Of a stretch of DNA of 64,000 nt, positions 31,438-39,463 are shown in pieces. Both the position numbers and the translations under genes were made by a program. Under the pieces are notes generated by a model. It worked only from the letters and a program-made list of their open reading frames with translations, searched no databases and had not been told where the DNA came from. The stretch is from assembly GCA_946613885.1 (NCBI GenBank), contig CAMOGA010000006.1:4309-68308 (forward strand). The letters are read 5' to 3'. Source of the stretch: an uncultured Pseudomonadota bacterium (GTDB lineage Bacteria; Pseudomonadota; Alphaproteobacteria; Rs-D84). The first letter of the stretch is position 1, and each line of letters begins with the position of its first letter.

Positions 31438-33189
31438 CTAGCCCCGTTCAAACAATGTATCCAATTCAGATATGGGGATAATTTTATATACTGGCCGCCC
31501 ATGATTGCATTCACCGCCATGTTCAGTTTTTTCAATATCTCGCAAAATTGCGTTCATTTCCGCCATATTTAATTTGCGCCCAGCACGGACAGAATGATGA
31601 CAGGCAAAATTTGCCAGTTTCAGATGTAATTTTTCCTGTAATCGCGAAGAATGTCCATTGGCGCGCACTTCATCTGCGATTTCATGAAAACAATTTTCCC
31701 AATTCAAATCCCAATCAGACGGTTTTTCAAATATTGCAACAGATGTGTCACCAAATGCATCAATATGTAATCCGCATTGTTTTAATTCATCAGATACAGT
31801 TAACACAGATACCACTTCTTCTGGACGCATGTTTATAACGATTGGTGTTAATAAAGGTTGTGTTTTAATTTCGTGTTTGCGCAATTTTTCATATGTAATT
31901 CGTTCGTGTGCAGCGTGTTGATCAACAATAACAAAACCGTTTACATTTTCGGCCAAGATATATTTATCATTTAATTGTCCAATGACGCGTCCCAGTGGTA
32001 AATCAAATTCAGATTCATTTGTTTGTGGCACGTATTCATGTTGATTGTCTTCTGTCTTGTTAAATATGTTTATATTTGCGGTTGGTTCTGTGACAAAATG
32101 TTTCATATCAACATCGAAACGGGCAGGGCGCGAATTAAAAAAAGTTTGTGTTGATGGAATTTGAAAATCATGACTAAAATTGCTGTTTGTGTTTTGTGTA
32201 TTGATTTGTGTATTTTGATTTAATGTTTTTGACAACACATCACGCAGAGATTTTATTATAAAAGAACGCACATGTGTTGGTTCTAGAAAATGAACTTCTG
32301 TTTTTGAAGGTGATACATTTACATCTACATTACGTGCAGGCAATTCCAAATACAATGCACACAAAGGAAATTCGCGGGCATGCATAACATCCATGTATGC
32401 AGCACGCAGTGCGGTCACTAAAACCTTGTCTTTGACAGGGCGACCATTTACAAATAAATATTGGTCAATTGATGATGCGCGTCTTAAAGTTGGATTTGAT
32501 ATAAAACCGTATATTTTCATATCTGATGACGTAGATTTTGCATCCACATGCAACATTTGGTTACGAACATCGGGACCCATAATTGCGATAACACGTTCCA
32601 ATAAATCTTGGTCTTTGGGAAAACGCCATTTGTTATTAAGAACAAAACCGACATCTGTTCGTGCCATTGCCAAACGTTTTATTGTATCCAATACAGATAA
32701 CATTTCTGCCCGGTCAGTGTGTAAAAATTTTAATCGCGCAGGTGTTTTGCCAAATAAATTTGAAACCCGAATACGTGTTCCGCTTTCCCAATCAGACGGT
32801 TTTATTTCCATATTATCAACATTTAATTGTAAACCATGTTCCATGCCATCATGATATGTATCAATAACCATATTTGATACAGAAGCAATAGACGGTAATG
32901 CCTCGCCACGAAAGCCCATAAAATTAATATTTAATAAATCGTCATCTGGTAATTTAGATGTTGCATGTCTCAATACGCAATTTGCCAAATCTTCACGTGT
33001 CATACCACGTCCGTTATCAATAATAGAAATCATTGTTCGTCCACCATCGACAACATCAACAATAATTTGATTTGCGCCTGCATCCAGTGCATTTTCCACT
33101 AATTCTTTCACAACACTGGCGGGTTTTTCGACCACTTCGCCGGCGGCAATTTGGTTAACCAGAAAATCAGGCAACACGCGTATTGACAT
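31438..33189 (-). CDS. mutL: DNA mismatch repair endonuclease MutL
   Basis: NQIAAGEVVE, KELVENALDA, GFRGEAL, DQHAAHER, C.HSVRAG, CNHGRP. Confidence 0.97.
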   Translation of the reverse strand: MSIRVLPDFLVNQIAAGEVVEKPASVVKELVENALDAGANQIIVDVVDGGRTMISIIDNGRGMTREDLANCVLRHATSKLPDDDLLNINFMGFRGEALPSIASVSNMVIDTYHDGMEHGLQLNVDNMEIKPSDWESGTRIRVSNLFGKTPARLKFLHTDRAEMLSVLDTIKRLAMARTDVGFVLNNKWRFPKDQDLLERVIAIMGPDVRNQMLHVDAKSTSSDMKIYGFISNPTLRRASSIDQYLFVNGRPVKDKVLVTALRAAYMDVMHAREFPLCALYLELPARNVDVNVSPSKTEVHFLEPTHVRSFIIKSLRDVLSKTLNQNTQINTQNTNSNFSHDFQIPSTQTFFNSRPARFDVDMKHFVTEPTANINIFNKTEDNQHEYVPQTNESEFDLPLGRVIGQLNDKYILAENVNGFVIVDQHAAHERITYEKLRKHEIKTQPLLTPIVINMRPEEVVSVLTVSDELKQCGLHIDAFGDTSVAIFEKPSDWDLNWENCFHEIADEVRANGHSSRLQEKLHLKLANFACHHSVRAGRKLNMAEMNAILRDIEKTEHGGECNHGRPVYKIIPISELDTLFERG

Positions 33190-33190
33190 A

Positions 33191-33661
33191 TTAATCCCGG
33201 AATTTTACATCAACGATTTCAAATTCTTTTTCACCACTGGGTAAACGTACGGTGCAAGTATCGCCAACACAATGTCCAATTAACGCACGTCCAACCGGCG
33301 AAGTGCAAGATATAACCAATCGCCCATCAGATTCAATATCTGACAAAATTCGACATTCCATTTTATTTCCGTCTTCGTCTTCTGTGATAACTTTTGCACC
33401 GAAAACGACACGATTGCCAGATAAATTATCAATATCAATGATTTGGGCATTTTCGATAGTATTTTCAATAAATTGTATGCGTTTATCGATTTGACGTTGT
33501 TTTTCTTTGGCGGCACTATAATCTGCGTTTTCAGACAAATCGCCCAAAGAGCGTGCCCATTGAACAGTTTTTAATATTTCAGGTCTTTGATTTTCTTTTA
33601 AATCTTTTAATTCATTGACCAGATTATCAAATCCCTGACGTGAAATTGGTTTTTTTTCCAT
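33191..33661 (-). CDS. greA: Transcription elongation factor GreA
   Basis: ARSLGDLSENADY.AAK, FGAKV, IS..SPVGRALIG. Confidence 0.95.
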   Translation of the reverse strand: MEKKPISRQGFDNLVNELKDLKENQRPEILKTVQWARSLGDLSENADYSAAKEKQRQIDKRIQFIENTIENAQIIDIDNLSGNRVVFGAKVITEDEDGNKMECRILSDIESDGRLVISCTSPVGRALIGHCVGDTCTVRLPSGEKEFEIVDVKFRD

Positions 33662-33746
33662 GAATACACCTTTTGATTTTACAATAACAATAAAACATAA
33701 AATTTAATTTTGCAATTATGAATTGAAATATATATAATATAAGATT

Positions 33747-34814
33747 ATGTTCAGATTAAAACCAAAAGTTGTAAGTTTATTTTTATTACGCCGATTTTTT
33801 ATCAGTTTTTTTCTGGTAATGTTAACGGTATGTGGGGTAATATTTGCGGTCACATTTGTTGAACGTATATCATCTAATCCGGATGCCTGGGCCACAGTTG
33901 TTGATACATGGATACGTTTATTGGAATATATACCGATGTTTTTACCATTGGCGGTATTTATGGGGACATTGGTTGCGTTTTATAATCTGACGAAATCTTC
34001 AGAATTGATAATTATTTCCGGAACAGGCATGTCGCCATTTCAAATTGCACGTCCATTTTTGCTTGGTGCGTTTTTAATAGGTGTTTTTGCAACATGTATT
34101 GTGAATCCTTATTCTGTTGATTTATCAACAAGTCATTTAAATGGGTATCAATTAAAATTGGTTGATAATGCGATATGGTTGCGTGAAACGTCAGATGATG
34201 GTTTTATGACTGCACGTGCCAGGGGATTAAACATTAATCGCGATAAAAATATTGTGTTCAGTGAAGTAATGATATTGACCCAGGGTAATGATTTTAAATT
34301 GCATGAACGCATAACATCACACCGTGCTGTTTTGGATGATAATGGTATACATATTGACAGGGCGCAAATCACAGATGCAAACGGTCAGACAAAGACACAA
34401 TCGACACACGTAAAAACAAAATTAACCCCATCAACAGTTTTGGACAGATATTTACAACCAGATCAAATATCTTTTTGGAAATTGCCAGGATTTATAAAAA
34501 ATATGAATGCGGTCGGTGTTCCAACGCACGGTCATTTGATGCAGTTTTGGACTTTGTTATTTTTACCATTGAATATGATGGCTATGGTAATGTTGGGGAT
34601 TGCGTTTTCCCAAACGAAACAGCGTCGTAATTATTCATTTGGGGTAAAATTCAGTTTGGGAATATTAACATGTTTTGCGTTGTATTTTGTTGTGAATCTG
34701 TTTAATGCGCTGGGGAATACAGGGATGTTGCCACCGTTGGTTGCGATTATCGCGCCCCAGATAATAATTATTGCAGGTGCATGTATGTTTATAACCAGTT
34801 TTGCCACGATATAG
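33747..34814 (+). CDS. LptF/LptG family LPS export permease
   Basis: 3 TM + periplasmic beta-jellyroll + 3 TM layout; L.K.SELII..G.G.S, WLRE; LptG-like. Confidence 0.85.
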   Translation: MFRLKPKVVSLFLLRRFFISFFLVMLTVCGVIFAVTFVERISSNPDAWATVVDTWIRLLEYIPMFLPLAVFMGTLVAFYNLTKSSELIIISGTGMSPFQIARPFLLGAFLIGVFATCIVNPYSVDLSTSHLNGYQLKLVDNAIWLRETSDDGFMTARARGLNINRDKNIVFSEVMILTQGNDFKLHERITSHRAVLDDNGIHIDRAQITDANGQTKTQSTHVKTKLTPSTVLDRYLQPDQISFWKLPGFIKNMNAVGVPTHGHLMQFWTLLFLPLNMMAMVMLGIAFSQTKQRRNYSFGVKFSLGILTCFALYFVVNLFNALGNTGMLPPLVAIIAPQIIIIAGACMFITSFATI

Positions 34815-34823
34815 GATTATATT

Positions 34824-34952
34824 ATGCCACTACGAAAAAAAACGAGTAATAAAAAATATATAATTTGGGCGATAATAATCGTGTTGTTGATATTAATGGT
34901 AATATCGTTTTCGCCACATCCTGAATTTAACGAAGTGATTTTATATCCATGA
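34824..34952 (+). CDS. Small single-TM protein (42 aa), missing from the ORF track
   Basis: MPLRKKTSNKKYIIWAIIIVLLILMVISFSPHPEFNEVILYP*; TGA overlaps the xerD ATG (ATGA). Confidence 0.7.
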   Translation: MPLRKKTSNKKYIIWAIIIVLLILMVISFSPHPEFNEVILYP

Positions 34953-35812
34953 AATATATAGATGTATTTTTAGAGGCATTATCTGCGGAAAAAGGGCGCG
35001 GTAAAAATACATTATCTGCATATGCATCTGATTTGCATCATGCAGAAAGTGTAATTGGCGATTTATTGCATGCAACAGATAAAGATATACAAAATTATTT
35101 ATCGCATCTGCCGGATAAACCGTCATCCATTGCGCGCAAGGCCAGTTCTTTACGAACATTTTATAAATTTTTAATGTTGGAAAAAATCATAACAAAAAAT
35201 CCGACAACAAATTTGGAATTACCCAAACGTGGTCGTGCGTTGCCGAAATATTTATCCCCAGAAGAAATTGAATTATTAATATCATCATCTGGTGATATAA
35301 AAACATCTGTTCGGTTGCGTTGCATGTTGGAATTATTGTATGCATCTGGATTGCGAGTATCTGAATTGTGTGAATTACCGCTATCTGCGAATTTGGGGGA
35401 CAGGTTGTTAATACACGGCAAAGGTGCCAAAGAAAGATTGGTTCCTATGCACCAAACAGCGCAAGAGGCATTACAAAAATGGTTGTCTGTGCGTGGGGAT
35501 AATGATTCAAAATATGTATTTCCAACAAATTCATCATCGGGTCATATAACACGCGATGGTTTTTTCAAGATATTAAAAAAATGTGCTGTATTGGCGGGAA
35601 TTGATCCAAATCGTGTTTCACCGCACGTGTTGCGACATTCGTTTGCATCGCATTTATTGGCTGGCGGTGCGAATTTGCGTGTTATACAAACAATGTTGGG
35701 ACACGAAGACATATCGACCACGCAAATATATACACACGTGTTGCCTGATAAATTGCGCGATACAGTGGAAAATGCGCATCCATTGGCACATAATGAAATA
35801 AAGGATATATAA
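34949..35812 (+). CDS. xerD: Tyrosine recombinase XerD
   Basis: GLRVSEL, GKG.KER.VP, SPHVLRHSFASHLL.GGA.LR.IQ.MLGH.DISTTQIYTHV. Confidence 0.9.
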   Translation: MKYIDVFLEALSAEKGRGKNTLSAYASDLHHAESVIGDLLHATDKDIQNYLSHLPDKPSSIARKASSLRTFYKFLMLEKIITKNPTTNLELPKRGRALPKYLSPEEIELLISSSGDIKTSVRLRCMLELLYASGLRVSELCELPLSANLGDRLLIHGKGAKERLVPMHQTAQEALQKWLSVRGDNDSKYVFPTNSSSGHITRDGFFKILKKCAVLAGIDPNRVSPHVLRHSFASHLLAGGANLRVIQTMLGHEDISTTQIYTHVLPDKLRDTVENAHPLAHNEIKDI

Positions 35813-35814
35813 AT

Positions 35815-36315
35815 ATGATAACGAAATGTGATCATCCTGGGTGTACCAAGGCAGGCATTTGTCGTGCCCCAAAAACGCGTGATTTACGTGAATATTGGAT
35901 GTTTTGTCGCGAGCATGCTGCGGAATACAACAAAAATTGGAATTATTATGCCAATATGACACCGGATGAAATCGATGCAGAATGGGAACGTGAAACATTT
36001 GGCATTGCCGACAAAGACAAAGAAAACGTTAATAAGAACGAGGCAGAATATATCCAATTCCTAAACGATTTTTTAACAGGTCGCAACAGTTTTGATAAAA
36101 TGCCGGCCAAGAAAACAGTGCCATCACAAATTATATCTGCGTTGCGAGTATTTGATTTACCTGTGACTGCATCGTGGCGGGAAATAGGTGTTAAATATCG
36201 TGCGTTGGCAAAAAAATATCATCCAGATACATCGGTAAACGCGGATAAATCTGCAACAGAATTTACACGTATAAATTCTGCATACGAAACATTAAAAAAA
36301 TATTTCAAGAAATAA
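35815..36315 (+). CDS. J-domain protein (alphaproteobacterial type, C-terminal J domain)
   Basis: CDHPGC...RAPK, FC.EHA.EYN..WNY, KKYHPD. Confidence 0.88.
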   Translation: MITKCDHPGCTKAGICRAPKTRDLREYWMFCREHAAEYNKNWNYYANMTPDEIDAEWERETFGIADKDKENVNKNEAEYIQFLNDFLTGRNSFDKMPAKKTVPSQIISALRVFDLPVTASWREIGVKYRALAKKYHPDTSVNADKSATEFTRINSAYETLKKYFKK

Positions 36316-36346
36316 TTCACAACCTACACACACACAGGGAAGGGGA

Positions 36347-36406
36347 CCACGCTGCGCTCGCAATGACCCCCTCCGGCTGCGCCGCACTCCCCCGATGGGG
36401 GAGAAT
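36347..36406 (+). repeat. Fragment of family A (36347-36367) fused to a family B unit (36366-36406)
   Basis: CCACGCTGCGCTCGCAATGAC matches 22125-22145 at 20/21, then CCCCCTCCGGCTGCGCCGCACTCCCCCGATGGGGGAGAAT. Confidence 0.85.
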
Positions 36407-36533
36407 TTGAAAAAATTTTAATTTTTTTTTACGAAAAAAATCCGGAAAACTGGGCATCTCAGAAAAACGCAAAAAAAATCAAGCGAAAAAATATGAAAAA
36501 AATGCTTTTTCGCTTTTTTGACCGCTTTTTTGG

Positions 36534-36636
36534 CGATTCGATTTGTGGTATAATATGGGCAAGACCTTAATATTAAGGTTAGATCTAACAAGCCCCCCAC
36601 AAGCATGGCTTGTGGGATAAACAAAGGAAGGAAACA
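36534..36636 (+). promoter_or_regulatory. Promoter/operator/RBS of B-repeat gene 1
   Basis: CGATTCG-N8-TATAAT with extended TGn, palindromes ACCTTAATATTAAGGT and GTTAGATCTAAC, hairpin CCCACAAGC-ATG-GCTTGTGGG, AAAGGAAGGAAAC. Confidence 0.7.
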
Positions 36637-37932
36637 ATGAAAAAAATATTTCTAACATCTGGGATTATTGTTTGCATGGCGTGTCCCGCGTTTGCAACAG
36701 GTATTGGATTCCCTGCAGATGCTCAAACAGGTGCTGTACCAAGCGGTATACAATCTGGTGCCTGTACTGAACCAAAATTGGGTGTGTATGAAGGTGATAC
36801 AACTTTGTCCGCTATTTGGCAGGTCAATTATGTCGAGATGAAATTGAATAAGAATATCGGTACAACGGCGCCCACTGGTGGTGCAGAAAATACAACATAC
36901 GAGCCAGCTTTATTCTTGGTTGGTGGCAATGGTGTATATACTAGATCGGGTGATAGTGATACTGATTATGCATTTACCAAAGTAAACACCGGTGACACAG
37001 CATTAACAACTCTGCCAGCGGGTATAGACGTAAACTATACGTTGCACACAGATAAACCAACAGGTGCCACAGGTACAGTTAGTGGTGGAACCAGTACAGC
37101 CAAAAACAGAGCTTTCTTAGGATTTTATGCAGACACTGATACTACTGTAAACGGTGGAACACCATTTATTGGTTCAGATGGTAAATTAACGGCTGCTGGT
37201 AATACGGCCGCGACCGGCTATGATAATACTGCACATCAATGGAAAGCGAAATACGAACATGTTCACCCAACTGTGGTCGATCCGGAATTGTATGGTTATA
37301 CTTTTAAAGGATGGGCAGCCAGTGCTGAAGATGCAACAGCCGGAACTGTAATTGCGAATTTCGCAGACGATAAAATTGGTGAAAATACACATAGATATGC
37401 ATCATGGAAAGCAAATACATATACTGTAGAATATAAGTGTGGCGATGGTGCAACAGGTACCGCACCAGCTGATGCCACGGCAACATATGATGCGTCATTT
37501 ACCTGGGCAGGAAACAATGATACAGCCGAAGGTACAGGTTGTAAAAAAGCCGGTCATCATTTCACAGGTTGGACCTGTAAAGTTGCAACCACAGGTACAG
37601 TTGACGGTACTGAAGCAACAATCATAACAAACGGTGGTGTCTCATGTTCTGCTAATGCGACGGGTGTCGGTGATTGCACAGGAAATGAGGTTACCAAATG
37701 GACAGAAGCAAATCTTCAATCAGGTGCCACAATTACTTGTACAGCACAATTTAGTGCCAGCAGCATCACTATTACATGGGATGATAATGATGGCAACAAC
37801 AACACAAGTGTATCAGGTGGAACACCAACTTGTACTTATGGTGCAGATGTCACATTGCCAACCGCACCAACCAGAACAGGTTATACATTCAAGGGATGGA
37901 AGGTCGCAAACGAAACACAAACCGAACCTTAA
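36637..37932 (+). CDS. Secreted InlB B-repeat (Flg_new)-like surface protein, paralog 1
   Basis: Signal MKKIFLTSGIIVCMACPAFA; repeated GYTFKGW / GHHFTGW ... A.W motifs. Confidence 0.8.
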   Translation: MKKIFLTSGIIVCMACPAFATGIGFPADAQTGAVPSGIQSGACTEPKLGVYEGDTTLSAIWQVNYVEMKLNKNIGTTAPTGGAENTTYEPALFLVGGNGVYTRSGDSDTDYAFTKVNTGDTALTTLPAGIDVNYTLHTDKPTGATGTVSGGTSTAKNRAFLGFYADTDTTVNGGTPFIGSDGKLTAAGNTAATGYDNTAHQWKAKYEHVHPTVVDPELYGYTFKGWAASAEDATAGTVIANFADDKIGENTHRYASWKANTYTVEYKCGDGATGTAPADATATYDASFTWAGNNDTAEGTGCKKAGHHFTGWTCKVATTGTVDGTEATIITNGGVSCSANATGVGDCTGNEVTKWTEANLQSGATITCTAQFSASSITITWDDNDGNNNTSVSGGTPTCTYGADVTLPTAPTRTGYTFKGWKVANETQTEP

Positions 37933-37951
37933 TCGGCTCGTGTCAAACAAC

Positions 37952-37980
37952 AAAAACACCGGTTCGTCCGGTGTTTTTTT
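37952..37980 (+). terminator. Intrinsic terminator
   Basis: AAAAACACCGG-TTCGT-CCGGTGTTTTTTT; same sequence at 39168-39198. Confidence 0.88.
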
Positions 37981-37982
37981 AA

Positions 37983-38116
37983 CCCCCCTCCGGCTGCGCC
38001 GTACTCCCCCGATGGGGGAGAATTATTTATAATGGCTGCGCCGCACTCCCCCAATGGGGGAGAATCCCCACAACACCTGAGAATAAATTCGCCCCCAGTG
38101 GGGGTAATTCTGCCCA
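37983..38116 (+). repeat. Composite palindromic repeat block (family B): two 32-bp cores at 42-bp period plus a truncated inverted unit
   Basis: Cores GGCTGCGCCGYACTCCCCCRATGGGGGAGAAT at 37992-38023 and 38034-38065. Confidence 0.92.
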
Positions 38117-38194
38117 GGGGAAAAGGGGAAAATTCCCACAAATCCGCCAAAAATAAAAAAAGATAAAATTTTCGTATTTTTTTGCTTGCTTTAC

Positions 38195-38279
38195 CGATTC
38201 GTTTTTTTCTAGAATCCAAACATGGGCTTAATATTATGGGAAGGGTATTAAGTTAGATCTAACAAAAAGGAAGGAAACT
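38195..38279 (+). promoter_or_regulatory. Promoter/operator/RBS of B-repeat gene 2
   Basis: CGATTCG-N8-TAGAAT, ATGGGCTTAATATTA, TATTAAGTTAGATCTAACAA, AAAGGAAGGAAAC; mirrors 36534-36636. Confidence 0.7.
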
Positions 38280-39128
38280 ATGAAAAAAATATTTTTAACT
38301 TCGGGACTTGTCCTGTGTATGGCGTGTCCTGCATTCGCTGATTTTGCATCCACTGACACTGGTACAGTGGCAAATTCCTGCGATTATTCTCACTTGGGCG
38401 TATACAGCGGTCCAACACAGTTGGATGCTATTTGGAATGCTAAGAAATTTAATGTATCATATGTTGCAAATAAACCACAGAACGCAAGTAATAACGTTAC
38501 GGGAACTCCAGAACAAGACACAGTAGATTTTGATGATGAATATAGCGTATCAAGTAATGAACCAACATTGACAGGTTGGAATTTTTCGGGATGGTCTGCT
38601 GATCACAATATGAGTACTGGTGCAGCAGAAACAACAGATTATGATGCAGGAGATAGTGTGACAAACTATAAAGTTGTTGGTAATACAGTATTAACTGCAC
38701 AATGGACAGCAAAAACAACAACAGTGTCTTATGTTTGTGGCTCTGCAACAGCAGGCAGCACCGCTATTCCGAATGGAACAGCAACATATGACAGCGAGTT
38801 TGAGTTCGCAGCTGCGCCAACATCAACACAATGTACACCAGCCACTGGTTCAGAATTTACCGGATGGTCTTGCGGTACTGCTGGATCACACGACGCTGGC
38901 GATACAGTCACTTGGGCTGTTGAAGATGCAACCATTACATGTACTGCGCAATGGGGTGCAACAACCATCAGACCTTCTTGGAATATCAATATTCCAGGCA
39001 ATACCACTTGGGCTGCGGATTCAGAAGCTACGACAGAATGTTCGTACGGCAGCAACGTCACATTGCCAAACAATGTACCAGAAAGACCTGGTTACGACTT
39101 TGGTGGATGGAAAGTCTCCAACGACTAA
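38280..39128 (+). CDS. Secreted InlB B-repeat (Flg_new)-like surface protein, paralog 2
   Basis: Signal MKKIFLTSGLVLCMACPAFA; TGWNFSGW, GSEFTGW, PGYDFGGW motifs. Confidence 0.8.
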   Translation: MKKIFLTSGLVLCMACPAFADFASTDTGTVANSCDYSHLGVYSGPTQLDAIWNAKKFNVSYVANKPQNASNNVTGTPEQDTVDFDDEYSVSSNEPTLTGWNFSGWSADHNMSTGAAETTDYDAGDSVTNYKVVGNTVLTAQWTAKTTTVSYVCGSATAGSTAIPNGTATYDSEFEFAAAPTSTQCTPATGSEFTGWSCGTAGSHDAGDTVTWAVEDATITCTAQWGATTIRPSWNINIPGNTTWAADSEATTECSYGSNVTLPNNVPERPGYDFGGWKVSND

Positions 39129-39167
39129 TCTATGGATGTTTAATAACCAATTTGGTTGTACAAAAAC

Positions 39168-39198
39168 AAAAAACACCGGTTCGTCCGGTGTTTTTTTT
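39168..39198 (+). terminator. Intrinsic terminator
   Basis: A-run-CACCGG-TTCGT-CCGGTG-T8. Confidence 0.88.
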
Positions 39199-39200
39199 AA

Positions 39201-39378
39201 CCCCCCTCCGGCTGCGCCGCACTCCCCCAATGGGGGAGAATCATTTATAATGGCTGCGCCGTACTCCCCCGATGGGGGAGAATACCCATAACGCCTGAGA
39301 ATAAATTCGCCCCCACTGGGGGCGGGGGCCACGAAGTGGCGCGGGGGGTATAGCGGTGACGGGGGGTAATTCTGCCCA
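39201..39378 (+). repeat. Composite palindromic repeat block (family B): two cores plus a full inverted variant unit
   Basis: Cores at 39210-39241 and 39252-39283; minus strand then reads CCCCCCGCGCCACTTCGTGGCCCCCGCCCCCAGTGGGGGCGAA. Confidence 0.92.
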
Positions 39379-39463
39379 TGGGGGCTATGATACACGCTCA
39401 TAAATTTGGATTTTTTTCTTTTGATGCTTTTTTTTATGATACTTTTGTGATAAAATACGAAAC

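Noticed and set aside
36555-36620. c-di-GMP or other riboswitch in the leader
   Set aside because: The GGGCAAGACC start is only superficially similar; the required GNRA/receptor stems are not present.
38231-38258. dif site (TTAAGTTAGAT is 9/11 to the E. coli XerD arm, near xerD and ftsK)
   Set aside because: No plausible XerC arm at 6-bp spacing in either copy; the match is better explained by the palindrome. Needs a GC-skew or dif HMM check to exclude fully.
36567-38263. CtrA box (TTAA-N7-TTAAC) in the B-repeat promoters
   Set aside because: Copy 2 gives TTAA-N7-CTAAC but copy 1 has N8 spacing; inconsistent, and such matches are common in AT-rich DNA.
37983-39283. CRISPR array from the 32-bp repeats at 42-bp period
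   Set aside because: Only doublets, the ~10-nt linkers are near-identical rather than unique spacers, and there are no cas genes.
34949-39378. Integron (tyrosine recombinase plus cassettes; GTTAGAT fits GTTRRRY and ATCTAAC fits RYYYAAC)
   Set aside because: The recombinase has the XerD signature and no IntI-specific insertion; there is no RYYYAAC right after either stop codon; the intergenic distance (~350 bp) exceeds attC size; each gene has its own promoter and terminator.
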